Assembly: GCA_964444465.1 (NCBI GenBank)
Contig: CAYUGZ010000003.1
Coordinates: 1 to 58,187, forward strand
Source of the DNA: Candidatus Woesearchaeota archaeon
GTDB taxonomy: Archaea > Nanobdellota > Nanobdellia > SCGC-AAA011-G17 > JACPNG01
Direction of reading: 5' to 3'
Length of the DNA: 58,187 nucleotides
The notes beneath the pieces are model-generated. The model was not told where the DNA came from, made no database searches, and was given only the letters and a program-made list of their open reading frames with translations. The translations under genes and the position numbers were made by a program. Below are positions 57,781 through 58,187 of the stretch, in pieces (positions within the stretch are counted from its first letter, which is position 1; every line of letters begins with the position of its first letter).

Positions 57781-58187
57781 TTATCTTATGAATTTTATAG
57801 AACTTTTTTCCATACTACAATCATTATAATCTAAAAGTTCATCTTGTGTTATAGAAATTGAACCAATCTTTCTTTCATTTGGTTTGTAATTTTCTAGATA
57901 TTTAGTCTCTGTAAATTTAATTCTAGAACCTATTTTAAAATTAGATTCCATAAAAACTTCAACTTTTTTATCTCCTATGTTCTCAATTGATTGTTCACAT
58001 AAATAATCGCATATTCCCCCTTCACAACTTTTAGTAAATTCTGATTTAGAGTTTAGGATTATGTAATCTTCAAGATACTCTTCTTCTTCATTTGATTCAA
58101 GATTAGAACTATCATTAATTTCTTCTACATCCGTTAAATTAAATTTAGAACTATCATTAATCTCTTCTTCATTAGTTAGATTAGATT
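57781..58187 (-). CDS. hypothetical protein, 5'-truncated by the window edge
   Basis: Open minus-strand frame to TAA at 57783-57781; acidic repeat EEINDSS twice, then Cys-containing C-terminal part. Confidence 0.4.
   Translation of the reverse strand, partial: SNLTNEEEINDSSKFNLTDVEEINDSSNLESNEEEEYLEDYIILNSKSEFTKSCEGGICDYLCEQSIENIGDKKVEVFMESNFKIGSRIKFTETKYLENYKPNERKIGSISITQDELLDYNDCSMEKSSIKFIR

Overview
Strongly AT-rich archaeal chromosome segment. The gene content (aEF-1alpha, aEF-2, aIF2-gamma, aIF5B, Rpo7/Spt4, r-proteins S10, S6e, S24e, S27ae, S28e, L7Ae and L24e, an intron-containing tRNA) and the many small orphan ORFs suggest a small-genome DPANN-type archaeon. Recognisable genes: pheS/pheT, ogt, a KcsA-like K+ channel, gyrB-gyrA, grpE-dnaK, mre11-rad50-yrdC, a DEAD-box helicase, ndk, a presenilin-like protease, TPM/LemA, a SemiSWEET-like protein, a CDGSH protein, tRNA-Ser(GGA) and tRNA-Tyr(GUA) with a 55-nt intron. 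I found no rRNA, CRISPR array, transposase or integrase. Main second-look items: (1) an adjacent, same-frame pair of very divergent RelA/SpoT-homologue ORFs at 6217-8900, one with an HD hydrolase-like domain and one with a synthetase-like domain, resembling toxSAS/SAH modules and unusual for an archaeon. (2) A roughly 75-bp promoter plus leader cassette, nearly identical in four copies, in front of four unrelated small minus-strand ORFs. (3) An XPD-like helicase, a small ORF and a Cas4-like nuclease clustered at 54801-57718. (4) Many interrupted reading frames: in-frame TGA in the essential pheT and in a small ORF, in-frame TAA in two small ORFs, and three -1-type frame breaks. (5) An 81-bp duplicate of the rps28e 3' end that marks a rearrangement scar in the L7Ae-S28e-L24e-ndk cluster. 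All functional calls come from motifs read by eye in the translations. No database search was run.
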